Positions 33,111 to 42,320 of a stretch of DNA of 57,645 bases are shown here, one piece after another. Both the position numbers and the translations under genes were made by a program. Within the stretch, counting starts at the first letter, position 1. Each line of letters starts with the position of its first letter. The notes under the pieces were generated by a model. It saw nothing but the letters and a program-made list of their open reading frames with translations. It was not told the DNA's origin and did no database searches. The stretch is from Chlamydiia bacterium. Its GTDB lineage: Bacteria; Chlamydiota; Chlamydiia; Chlamydiales; JAAKFQ01. Location of the stretch: the NCBI GenBank assembly GCA_041688145.1, contig JBDNIV010000005.1, forward strand, positions 1-57,645. The letters run 5' to 3'.

Positions 33111-34010
33111 ATGGACAAAAAAAAACTAAATCCCCCTCCACTAGTCCTTGCACTTGGAGCTACTTTTTTACTGCTATCTTGTTTTTTTGCTACTACAAAA
33201 GGTGCTATTGTTAAACAAGCTGAGACTGAGGTCAGCATATGGATTCTTTTATTTGCCCAAGGCTTTGTAGCACTTATCTGCAGTCTACCACTTTCTATCT
33301 ACAAAAGACGTGATATCCTGCGCTTCACTGCTTGGAAATACCTTATAGCGCGTACCCTCTTATCGATTGTTGCTATTGGTGCTATATTTGTCGCAGTAGC
33401 CCACGTCAAACTTGTTAATGTCTTTTTACTTATGAATACAAGTCCCATATTTATTCCCATTATTGCTTCTTTCTGGCTCAAAACTAAAATCCCTAAAATT
33501 ATGTGGGCAAGCATTTTTGTTGGGTTTGTTGGAATCTTATCCATCCTAAGACCTGATATGACCTTATTTCACCACCCTTTAATACTTATTGCTTTGCTCG
33601 CAGGTGTGTTGTTTTCTTGTTCTCAAATTCTTGTTCGCATCATGGTTGATTTAGGAGAAACGCCTTATGCTATTCTTTTCCTTTACTTTGCTTTATTCAG
33701 CCTCATTACACTACCTGGAGCTATTATTCATTGGGCTCCTATACCCACAAGCTTTTATGGACTTCTTATTGCAACGGGCGCCTGTGCTTTTATTCAACAG
33801 TTCTGCCTCTTCCAAGCTTTTTCCCGTGCCCACCCTGTACAAATAGGCCCTCTTAACTACTCCTCTGTTGTCTTTGCCTATTTAATAGGATGGATCTTTT
33901 GGCAGCAAAAGCTCGACTGGCTCGGTGCAATAGGCATTGTTCTTGTGATTATCGGAGGCTTATCAGCTATCTATATCGACAAGAAGACGCATTTCAATCC
34001 CGATAGTTAA
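33111..34010 (+). CDS. DMT/EamA family transporter (copy 2 of 4)
   Basis: NTSPIFIPIIASFWLK, GPLNYSSVVF; ATG 33111 preferred over TTG 33102. Confidence 0.92.
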   Translation: MDKKKLNPPPLVLALGATFLLLSCFFATTKGAIVKQAETEVSIWILLFAQGFVALICSLPLSIYKRRDILRFTAWKYLIARTLLSIVAIGAIFVAVAHVKLVNVFLLMNTSPIFIPIIASFWLKTKIPKIMWASIFVGFVGILSILRPDMTLFHHPLILIALLAGVLFSCSQILVRIMVDLGETPYAILFLYFALFSLITLPGAIIHWAPIPTSFYGLLIATGACAFIQQFCLFQAFSRAHPVQIGPLNYSSVVFAYLIGWIFWQQKLDWLGAIGIVLVIIGGLSAIYIDKKTHFNPDS

Positions 34011-34088
34011 AAAACTAAAAGGGGCCTTGTTGCAATCAAATGTGCGCTTTCTCATAGTGCAAATTAAAGATAAAATCATAGGTTCACG

Positions 34089-34973
34089 TTGGCAGCGCTA
34101 CCACAAGCATCACTCAAACGCGGTTCGATCTATCTACTAGTCGCTTGGCTTTTTGGCACATCCATGGCTATTTTTGCCAAGCAAGTCGAGCCGCTTACTG
34201 GGGTGTGGATGATTCTCTTTTTTCAAGGCCTGATTAGCTTTATGCTCAATCTTACATGCGCCTTTAAAAAAAAAGAGACCGTAGCCTCTTTTCACAGTTG
34301 GAAGCTTTTAATCTTTCGTACAATAAGTGGCTTTATTAGCTTTTTATGTATTTTTGTAGCTGTAAGCAAAACCTCTCTTATGAATGTTTTACTTCTAGAC
34401 AATACAGCTCCCATATTCATACCCATTGTTGCATTTTTTTGGCTAAAGACAAAAATACCAAAAGCTATGTGGCTTGGGATTTTGACCGGTTTTGCTGGGA
34501 TCTTATGTATCTTACAGCCCTCTAATGACATCCTAAAACAGCACGGTATTCTTCTTGCTCTTTTAGCGGGGGTTTTCATGGCACTTATTCAAATAGCCAT
34601 ACGCCTTTTGGCTAGCAAAGAAGGGGCCTTTGCGATTCTATTTTACTACTTCTTATTCTATACACTTATCGCGAGCCCCTTTGCTATTTGCTTTTGGAAA
34701 CTCCCAAGCCTCTATGCTTTTTGGCTACTTGTAGGAAGTAGTGTTTGTAGCTTTGGAATGCAAATTTGCTTTGTAAAAGCCTTTACCTACGCGCGCCCAG
34801 TTGAAATTGGACCCCTTAACTACTCAGCTGTTGTCTACTCATATCTAGGTGGCTGGATCCTTTGGGGACAAAACGTCTCTTTTATTGGCTTAGTTGGCGT
34901 CTGCCTAGTCATTATTGGAGGGATTCTGACAATCTATATCGATAAAAAAAACCATTTTAAATCCAAGCTATAA
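34089..34973 (+). CDS. DMT/EamA family transporter (copy 3 of 4)
   Basis: NTAPIFIPIVAFFWLK, GPLNYSAVVY; TTG start. Confidence 0.92.
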   Translation: MAALPQASLKRGSIYLLVAWLFGTSMAIFAKQVEPLTGVWMILFFQGLISFMLNLTCAFKKKETVASFHSWKLLIFRTISGFISFLCIFVAVSKTSLMNVLLLDNTAPIFIPIVAFFWLKTKIPKAMWLGILTGFAGILCILQPSNDILKQHGILLALLAGVFMALIQIAIRLLASKEGAFAILFYYFLFYTLIASPFAICFWKLPSLYAFWLLVGSSVCSFGMQICFVKAFTYARPVEIGPLNYSAVVYSYLGGWILWGQNVSFIGLVGVCLVIIGGILTIYIDKKNHFKSKL

Positions 34974-34975
34974 AT

Positions 34976-35839
34976 ATGGACACCCACCCTCTTCCTCAGT
35001 CGACTTCTAAAGGCGCTATATACCTCACGCTCGCTTGGCTATCTGCAACTGCTATGGCTATCTTTGCTTGTCTTGTCCACCCTATGGCAAGTATATGGAT
35101 GGTCCTCTTATTTCAAAGTGCTTTAGGCCTCATCCTCACAGCTCCCTGGATGTCTAAACAAAAGCTTATTTTCCACAGCTGGGGGCTCTTAACGCTTAGA
35201 ACAGCTTGCGGCTTTTTAGGAGGGCTTTGTATCTTTTCAGCGCTCGCTTGTACCACTATTGTGAATACCACTCTATTAAACAACACAGCTCCGCTATTTC
35301 TGCCCCTTGTCCTCTTTCTATGGCTCCGCTACAAAGTCCAGCCCAAAATGTGGATTGGAATTCTTATTGGCTTTTTAGGTGTTGCACTTATCCTAAAACC
35401 AAACGGCTCATTTGCAGAAGAAGAAGGCGTCTTATTTGGCCTTGGTGCAGGAGTCTTATGGGCGATTGCCCAAGTGGCCCTGCGCCTCTTAACAAAAAAA
35501 GAAAAAGGGCAATCTATACTTTTTTACTACTTCGCCCTATCCACAATCTTATCCATACCGTTTGCTTGGATGACGTATAAACCAATCAGCCACATCTGCC
35601 TTATATGGCTACTTCTCGCAGCACTCTCTTCTTTCCTCTCTCAGATCCTCTATATAAAAGCTTTTAGCTATGCGAGGCCCATTAAGATCAATCCCTTCAA
35701 TTACTCAGGAGTTGTTTTCTCCTATATAGCAGGATGGCTCATCTGGCACAAACAACCTGACTTGTTGGGGTATTTGGGGATACTACTGATCATGATAGGT
35801 ACAGGGTATACCCTATACCTAGATAGAAAAAGCGCTTAA
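34976..35839 (+). CDS. DMT/EamA family transporter (copy 4 of 4)
   Basis: NTAPLFLP, NPFNYSGVVF. Confidence 0.92.
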   Translation: MDTHPLPQSTSKGAIYLTLAWLSATAMAIFACLVHPMASIWMVLLFQSALGLILTAPWMSKQKLIFHSWGLLTLRTACGFLGGLCIFSALACTTIVNTTLLNNTAPLFLPLVLFLWLRYKVQPKMWIGILIGFLGVALILKPNGSFAEEEGVLFGLGAGVLWAIAQVALRLLTKKEKGQSILFYYFALSTILSIPFAWMTYKPISHICLIWLLLAALSSFLSQILYIKAFSYARPIKINPFNYSGVVFSYIAGWLIWHKQPDLLGYLGILLIMIGTGYTLYLDRKSA

Positions 35840-35927
35840 AGAACTAAGAGCCCTCGCTCTTCAGCCTCCTCAAACGCTTTTCATAGCCTAGATATTTAAG
35901 CTCTTTAATATAAAAAGATTACGGTAT

Positions 35928-36749
35928 TCAAGCGGGTCTAGTAAATTCCAGCAAGGTAGCTTCAAAATAACGATTACTCATGTAATCTTCAGCTCCATGA
36001 CATACTGTGCAATCTGTCAGCGTCTGTGAAATATGTGTGATAGTGCGCTGGCCTGGATGAGGTCCAGGTCCATTTATGCGCGTCTTATGCAATGTAGCAT
36101 CAAAAATAGCATGGGCTCCTTGAGAGACAAGATCACTTGTATGGCGCAAATTTTCTACCCTCCTTCCAAAGCTATCCGGAATCTTGATCATGCTCCCAAT
36201 GCTAATCACATTAATTCTTCCTCTCAGAGGACGCAATCTCTCTAAAGCCATATAGCCAATATGAGCCCCTTGACTATGCAGTACAAGGGTTGCCATTCTT
36301 TGCGGATGCCTAGCCAAGAATCTTTCCACCTTCCCTGCTAGTGCCTCCGCACTTAATCTTTTTTCATCTTGGATACGGCTATAATCCATTAGGGCATCTG
36401 CAGAAAGCCCAAGACCCAATAAAAAGAAGATAAAGGCAGATGCTTTTTGCTGATCTGTCTTTTTTTCTGCAGCCGCGGCATATGCTATGCAGCCAACCCC
36501 AAGAGCCACTGCTGTACCACCTACGACTACGCGAGATAGGGGAGTTGTGTCATTGAAATGTAAGTGTACCTCTTGCTGCGCTATCTGGGCGACCTTATCC
36601 GCAGCCTGTTGCGCCGCCTCTAAAGTAGTTGTCATACCATTACAATAAAAGATACTTGGATCAAGCCTTGTTCTAGCTTGTTGCTCAGCAATGATCCTTG
36701 TTTGCTGGCCTAATAATAATGGCTCATGCCTTACTGGGTAAACACTCAC
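35928..36749 (-). CDS. Alpha/beta-hydrolase-like protein with a hydrophobic hairpin (DUF687-like), putative effector
   Basis: FYCNGMTT, nucleophile elbow LHSQGA, DLVS and C-terminal H; bilobed hydrophobic insert; AGGAGG SD. Confidence 0.6.
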   Translation of the reverse strand: MSVYPVRHEPLLLGQQTRIIAEQQARTRLDPSIFYCNGMTTTLEAAQQAADKVAQIAQQEVHLHFNDTTPLSRVVVGGTAVALGVGCIAYAAAAEKKTDQQKASAFIFFLLGLGLSADALMDYSRIQDEKRLSAEALAGKVERFLARHPQRMATLVLHSQGAHIGYMALERLRPLRGRINVISIGSMIKIPDSFGRRVENLRHTSDLVSQGAHAIFDATLHKTRINGPGPHPGQRTITHISQTLTDCTVCHGAEDYMSNRYFEATLLEFTRPA

Positions 36750-36868
36750 AACTCCCTCCTTAAGGGTAAGATTACAGGAGGAACTTTAATCTTTTAGATT
36801 AAAAAGGGAAATAAAAAGTTACAAAAACTTCTATAAAAAAAGTAAGTGTCTAAAAGAGCCTAAAAAGC

Positions 36869-38686
36869 CTATTTAGCCCTTTTGCGATCCACTTCTGTTA
36901 AGTGGATTTTTCTAAGGCGCACACTTTTAGGAGTTATTTCTACAAGCTCATCGTGCTCAATAAAGTCGATTGCTTGCTCAAGTGTAAAGGCTCTTGGCGG
37001 TGCTAAAAGAGCTGCATCATCTTTATTGACCGTTCTGAAGTTTGTCAGCTGTTTGCTTTTTGTAACGTTCACCACTAAGTCATTATCACGATTATTTTGC
37101 CCAACAATCTGCCCTTCATAGACTTGATCACCTGGTCCGCTAAAAAGCGTTCCTCTGCCTTGCAGAGTATCTAAAGAATAGGTTGAGGCCTGGCCTGAGT
37201 TTATAGAGATTAAAACGCCATTTTTTCTTTTAGGAATGCTACCTTTCCACGGTTCAAAGCTTGAGAAGATACTGCTCATAATACCAAGGCCGCGTGTAGC
37301 TGTTAGAAAGTCGTTGCGATATCCCATAAGGCCGCGTGTAGGCATCAAAAACTCGATGCGAGCAATGCCTTGCTCTGTGACTTCTAAGTGCTGCATCATC
37401 CCTTTTCTTTGAGAAAGCTCTTGAATTACTCCCCCTGAAAATTCATCTGGCACTTCAATAAAGACGCGCTCAATAGGTTCACATTTTTGCCCATCAATTT
37501 GTTTAATGATCACGCTAGGTTGTGAGACCATAAATTCAAAATTTTCACGGCGCATCGCTTCTAAAAGCACACTTAAGTGCAGCTCACCGCGTCCTGAAAC
37601 GCGCATCGCTTCAGCTCCGTCTTGTACTTCTTCAATAATCAAAGAAATGTTCGCGCGTTTTTCTTTGAAAAGACGTTCTTTAATCTTACCAAATGTAACG
37701 TTTTTTCCCTCTTTACCCGCAAATGGTCCTGAGTTTACTCGGACATCGATAGAGACTGCTGGCTCACCAATAGCAATAGGATCTAAAGGCTTTGCTTCTG
37801 GATCACTCGTAAGCGTATCGCCTAACATAACCTCACCAAAGCCTGAAACGACAATAATGTCTCCACAAGAGCCCTCTGGGATCTCCATGCGTTTTTGACC
37901 ATCAAATCCCTCTACCTTGACGCAAGCGCCCTCTTGTCTGTTGCCTTCACTGTCAACGCAGTAGAGCTTTTGCCCTTTTTTAATAGAACCATTTCTAACG
38001 CGGCCTAACGCCTGCCTACCTACAAAGTCACTGTAGCTCATGCCTTCTGCTTGCATAGAAAAAGGAGCATCTAAGCTTCCATCTGGAGAGGGGCACGCCT
38101 CTTCAATAAGCTCAAATAATGGCTTCATGTTATCTCTTGGGCCATCAACTGTTTTTGAAGCAAAGCCTCCAAGCCCTGATGCGTATATGTAAGGAAAGTC
38201 TAGTTGCTCATCATTTGCACCAAGCTCTACAAAAAGATCAAAAGTAAGATCAAGAGCCTTATCAGGGCTTGCTGCTGGCCTATCGATCTTATTCACAACA
38301 ACAATAGGCTTTAAGCCTTTCGCTAAAGCTTTTGAAAGCACAAAACGGGTCTGAGGCATAGGCCCTTCTTGAGCATCAACTACTAGAAGCACGCTGCCTA
38401 CCATACCAAGCACCCTTTCTACTTCAGCAGAAAAGTCACTGTGTCCAGGCGTATCTATTAAATTTATTTTAACATCTCCAAAAAAGACACTCGCGGGCTT
38501 AGAAAAGATCGTAATACCCCTTTCTTTTTCCTGGTCATAAGAGTCCATGACTCGCTCTTCTACTGCCTCACCCTCTCGATAGACATTAGACTGTCTAAGT
38601 AAAGCATCAACTAAGGTAGTCTTACCGTGGTCAATGTGGGCTACGATGGCGATATTTCTAATTTTAGAGGGATCTCTTCTGCTCAT
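36869..38686 (-). CDS. typA: Translational GTPase TypA/BipA
   Basis: RNIAIVAHIDHGKTTLVD, EKERGITI, DTPGH, GRGELHL, VEITPKSVRLRK; ATG 38686 preferred. Confidence 0.97.
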   Translation of the reverse strand: MSRRDPSKIRNIAIVAHIDHGKTTLVDALLRQSNVYREGEAVEERVMDSYDQEKERGITIFSKPASVFFGDVKINLIDTPGHSDFSAEVERVLGMVGSVLLVVDAQEGPMPQTRFVLSKALAKGLKPIVVVNKIDRPAASPDKALDLTFDLFVELGANDEQLDFPYIYASGLGGFASKTVDGPRDNMKPLFELIEEACPSPDGSLDAPFSMQAEGMSYSDFVGRQALGRVRNGSIKKGQKLYCVDSEGNRQEGACVKVEGFDGQKRMEIPEGSCGDIIVVSGFGEVMLGDTLTSDPEAKPLDPIAIGEPAVSIDVRVNSGPFAGKEGKNVTFGKIKERLFKEKRANISLIIEEVQDGAEAMRVSGRGELHLSVLLEAMRRENFEFMVSQPSVIIKQIDGQKCEPIERVFIEVPDEFSGGVIQELSQRKGMMQHLEVTEQGIARIEFLMPTRGLMGYRNDFLTATRGLGIMSSIFSSFEPWKGSIPKRKNGVLISINSGQASTYSLDTLQGRGTLFSGPGDQVYEGQIVGQNNRDNDLVVNVTKSKQLTNFRTVNKDDAALLAPPRAFTLEQAIDFIEHDELVEITPKSVRLRKIHLTEVDRKRAK

Positions 38687-38783
38687 AATCAATAGATCTA
38701 TTTTTGAAGTTTTAAGATAGCGTGAGTCTAACTGAAATGCTGTTAATTTGATAGTTTTCCTCAAAATATGTTAGCGTAGGGCT

Positions 38784-40040
38784 ATGTCTAAACATTTCTT
38801 TGCAACACTGCTAAAGTGGTCTATTTGGTCCTTAGCTATTATATTCTTTCTTTATGAGTTCGTTTTGCGCGTTCTACCTGGCGCTGCAACAGATACTATT
38901 ATGCAACGCTTTGACCTTCATGCCTCAGCGTTTGGCATGATGATTGCATTTTATCTGTATGCGTATGCACCGATGCAGCTTGTGAGCGGCCTTCTTATAG
39001 ACCGCTTTGGCGCACGCATTTGGCTTTCTATATCGTGCTTTATTTGCGCTATTGCAACTTTAATATTTGCACACACCGATGCTTTTATTTTAGGAGCTTT
39101 AGCTCGACTGTTAATGGGCGCTGGATCTGCTTGTGCTTTTGTCGGAATTATTTATCTCTCTTCCCACTGGTTTGAGCCTAAATATCTCCCTTGGCTCATA
39201 GGTCTAGGTAATTCTCTAGGAATGCTCGGAGCAGCTATTGGACAAGGCCCTATTAGCTTTCTGATTGACCGCTTTGGCTTCTATGAAACAAATTTTTACC
39301 TAAGCCTTTTTGGGTTTTTCCTCGCAATTGTCCTTGCTATAGTAGTGCGCAATGACCCGCCAAAAGCTAATAAATACAACCCTCCTAAAAAACGAACACC
39401 TATAGCGAAATCTCTTAAGTTAGCCTTTTCTAATAAATTTTTGTGGATCAATGGAATAGCGGCTCTTTTCTTTTATGCTCCAACTGTAGTCTTTGGAGGA
39501 CTTTGGGCTGCGCCTTTTGTTAAGCTAGCATATAATGTATCTGACCAGACAGGTGCTTTAGCTTCATCTACCTTTTATTTTGGATGGGTAGTTGGAGGCC
39601 CTCTTTTTGGAAAAATTGCTCTAGATACAAAAGAGCGTTATAGGGATGTCATTTTAGGTCCTATTGGAGCTTTTATATCTTTAATCGCTCTTATTTATTT
39701 TCCAGTCCAACACATTGCCTGGCCCTTTATCTGGCTGTTTATTGCCGGCGTTTTTTGCTCAGCTCAACTACTGCACTACACCATAGCCGTTGAACTAAGC
39801 CCCCTTTCTATAAAAGGAACAGCCTCTTCTCTCACAAACCTCATTGTGTTTGCAGGAGGTGCAATTTTAATGCCCTTTGTAGGTTTTGTATTAGATACCT
39901 TTTGGGATGGACAAATGGCGGGTCATTTAAGGTTGTACTCCACTAAAGACTACCAAATTGCCCTCAGTATATTTCCCGTAGGCCTTGTTGTTGCCGCACT
40001 TATCTCGTGGATTAAGCTGCATAAAAATCCAGCAGTTTAA
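38784..40040 (+). CDS. MFS transporter, Pht-like (copy 1)
   Basis: 12 TM; FFLYEFVLRVLPG, motif A GLLIDRFGAR. Confidence 0.9.
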   Translation: MSKHFFATLLKWSIWSLAIIFFLYEFVLRVLPGAATDTIMQRFDLHASAFGMMIAFYLYAYAPMQLVSGLLIDRFGARIWLSISCFICAIATLIFAHTDAFILGALARLLMGAGSACAFVGIIYLSSHWFEPKYLPWLIGLGNSLGMLGAAIGQGPISFLIDRFGFYETNFYLSLFGFFLAIVLAIVVRNDPPKANKYNPPKKRTPIAKSLKLAFSNKFLWINGIAALFFYAPTVVFGGLWAAPFVKLAYNVSDQTGALASSTFYFGWVVGGPLFGKIALDTKERYRDVILGPIGAFISLIALIYFPVQHIAWPFIWLFIAGVFCSAQLLHYTIAVELSPLSIKGTASSLTNLIVFAGGAILMPFVGFVLDTFWDGQMAGHLRLYSTKDYQIALSIFPVGLVVAALISWIKLHKNPAV

Positions 40041-40100
40041 TTTCTTAAGTCACGCTTTTGAATTTGGCGATTTTGATTATAGTGTGTTAGCGTAAGGATT

Positions 40101-41354
40101 ATGTTGAAAAATCAATCTCCCCACATGCTTAAGTGGTCCGTCTGGATACTGGCTGTTACCTTCTACCTCTACGAATACTTACTTAGAGTTTTTCCAAGTG
40201 CAGCAACCCATGCGATCATGGAAACTTTTGGGCTTCATGCGACTTCTTTTGGGCTAATGGTCGCTTTTTATCTATATGGATATGCGCCTATGCAACTTGT
40301 TAGCGGCCTTCTTATGGACCGCTTTGGTGCGCGGATTTGGCTTACCTTATCTACAATCCTATGCGCCTTAGGTGCTTTTGTCTTTGCGGGATCAGACACC
40401 TTTTTTATGGGGGCTTTTGCAAGGCTTTTGATGGGAATAGGCTCTGCGTGCGCTTTTGTGGGGGTCATCTACCTCTCATCTCATTGGTTTTCTGCTAAGT
40501 TCTTGCCTTTACTGATTGGTATTGGAAACTCTTTGGGGATGCTAGGAGCTGCTTTTGGAGAGGGGCCTATTAGCTTTTTATCAGGTAAGTATGGCTTTGA
40601 TGAAATTAATATTGTTTTTGGTATTTTCGGATTACTTCTTGCCGTTGCTATCTTCTTTGTCATACGCAATGACCCTCCTAAAAAACAGAATGTACCCCCT
40701 CTAGAACGCTCTCCAATGCTTGCCTCTTTAAAAGCGGCCTTCACCAATAGGCCTCTTTGGATTAACGCCCTTTCTGCTCTTTTTTTCTATGCACCTACAA
40801 TCGCTTTTGGAGCGCTTTGGGCAGCGCCTTTTGTCACAGTTGCTTATAAAACTTCTCAACACTTAGGAGCGCTTGCTTCATCCATGTTTTACTTTGGCTG
40901 GATCGTCGGAGGGCCTATCTTTGGAAAGCTCGCTTTAAATTCTAAAGACCGGGCGCGTGATGTAGCGCTTGCTCCACTAGGTGCACTTATCAGCTTAATT
41001 GCTCTTATCTACTTTCCCGTCCAACATTTGTCCTGGGCTTTTGTTTGGCTGTTTATCGCGGGTGGTTTTTGCTCTGCAGAACTTTTACATTATACAATCT
41101 CTATAGAACTCAGTTCCCCTAATATAAAAGGGACGGCCTCTGCTGTAACAAACTTTGTTGTCTTTATTGGGGGCGCTATCTTACAACCCCTTATTGGCAT
41201 TATCTTAGATCTTTTTTGGACAGGCCAAATGGAAGGACGCCTTAGGCTTTACTCTTTAGAAAGCTACCAAATAGCTCTTTCTATTTTTCCTCTAGCACTT
41301 ATCATAGCCTCGCTTATCTCTTGGTTTAAGCTCAGGCCCCGTTTTAATACCTAA
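40101..41354 (+). CDS. MFS transporter, Pht-like (copy 2)
   Basis: FYLYEYLLRVFPS, GLLMDRFGAR; colinear with copy 1. Confidence 0.9.
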   Translation: MLKNQSPHMLKWSVWILAVTFYLYEYLLRVFPSAATHAIMETFGLHATSFGLMVAFYLYGYAPMQLVSGLLMDRFGARIWLTLSTILCALGAFVFAGSDTFFMGAFARLLMGIGSACAFVGVIYLSSHWFSAKFLPLLIGIGNSLGMLGAAFGEGPISFLSGKYGFDEINIVFGIFGLLLAVAIFFVIRNDPPKKQNVPPLERSPMLASLKAAFTNRPLWINALSALFFYAPTIAFGALWAAPFVTVAYKTSQHLGALASSMFYFGWIVGGPIFGKLALNSKDRARDVALAPLGALISLIALIYFPVQHLSWAFVWLFIAGGFCSAELLHYTISIELSSPNIKGTASAVTNFVVFIGGAILQPLIGIILDLFWTGQMEGRLRLYSLESYQIALSIFPLALIIASLISWFKLRPRFNT

Positions 41355-41398
41355 AAATCCTTTATTCGAAAAACTAGATTGTTATAGCATGGTCCCTT

Positions 41399-42319
41399 AT
41401 GACGCTTGATAAGAATGAGTCTATTGCTGTCCATGGAGGTCATAGGTTAGGTGACACTTTACTTGCTCTTGTCCTTGCCCATAACCTTATTGAAAACGGC
41501 TATAAGGTGACCTTTTTTAGCACTATCCTTGATGAGCTAAAACCTCTTTTCCCCAAAATCACCGTTGACGCCTCCTTGCCCCGTTGGAGCGCCCAAAAAG
41601 AAAAAGAGACGCCCCATCCGACACTGAGCCCTTTTAGCTTAATACTTTTCCCTGCAAGCTCACACTTTCTTGTGCATAAAGATCCTAGCCAAGAAAAAAA
41701 GATTTGGGATCGCTCTCCTAGGCTTTTTTATGAGCGAATAAGCCTCCCTAGTGTCTTTCAAAATGTGTGCCATACGATGCTAGGTCTAAAAAAAACGTTC
41801 CGTACGAATGGGATAAAACCGCCTAAAGGCGCAACGGCTCAGAAATTCAAACGCCGTGTGATCATCCATCCCACAAGCTCTGATCCTCGAAAAAATTGGC
41901 AGAAAAAAAAGTTCTTTAAGCTCGCAGCTCATCTTAAAAAAAGGGGCTTTGAGCCTTACTTTACGCTCGCTCCTTATGAAAGAGCTGAATGGAAAGATTC
42001 CCCTTTCCCCCTTGTTCCTGAAGGTACACTGTTAGATTTGGCGCATTTTATCTATGAATCAAGCTACTTTATTGGAAATGACTCAGGAGTTGGGCACTTA
42101 GCCTCTAACCTAGGGGTGCCAACGCTCACTTTTTGCCCCCGTAAAACACAAGGCAAACGGTGGGGACCTTCTTGGAGCCGATCTCAAATGCTCTATCCTT
42201 GGCTCCACCTTCCAGGCCCAAGACTAAAGCTTCATTTTTGGAAGCATTTTGTCTCTGTGAAAAAAGCGATAAAAGGGTTCGATAAGATCCTTCTCAAAAA
42301 TAAGCCTTCTAAGCACTAG
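41399..42319 (+). CDS. Glycosyltransferase family 9 (heptosyltransferase-like)
   Basis: RLGDTL, IHPTSS..KNW, FIGNDSGVGHLAS. Confidence 0.85.
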   Translation: MTLDKNESIAVHGGHRLGDTLLALVLAHNLIENGYKVTFFSTILDELKPLFPKITVDASLPRWSAQKEKETPHPTLSPFSLILFPASSHFLVHKDPSQEKKIWDRSPRLFYERISLPSVFQNVCHTMLGLKKTFRTNGIKPPKGATAQKFKRRVIIHPTSSDPRKNWQKKKFFKLAAHLKKRGFEPYFTLAPYERAEWKDSPFPLVPEGTLLDLAHFIYESSYFIGNDSGVGHLASNLGVPTLTFCPRKTQGKRWGPSWSRSQMLYPWLHLPGPRLKLHFWKHFVSVKKAIKGFDKILLKNKPSKH

Positions 42320-42320
42320 C

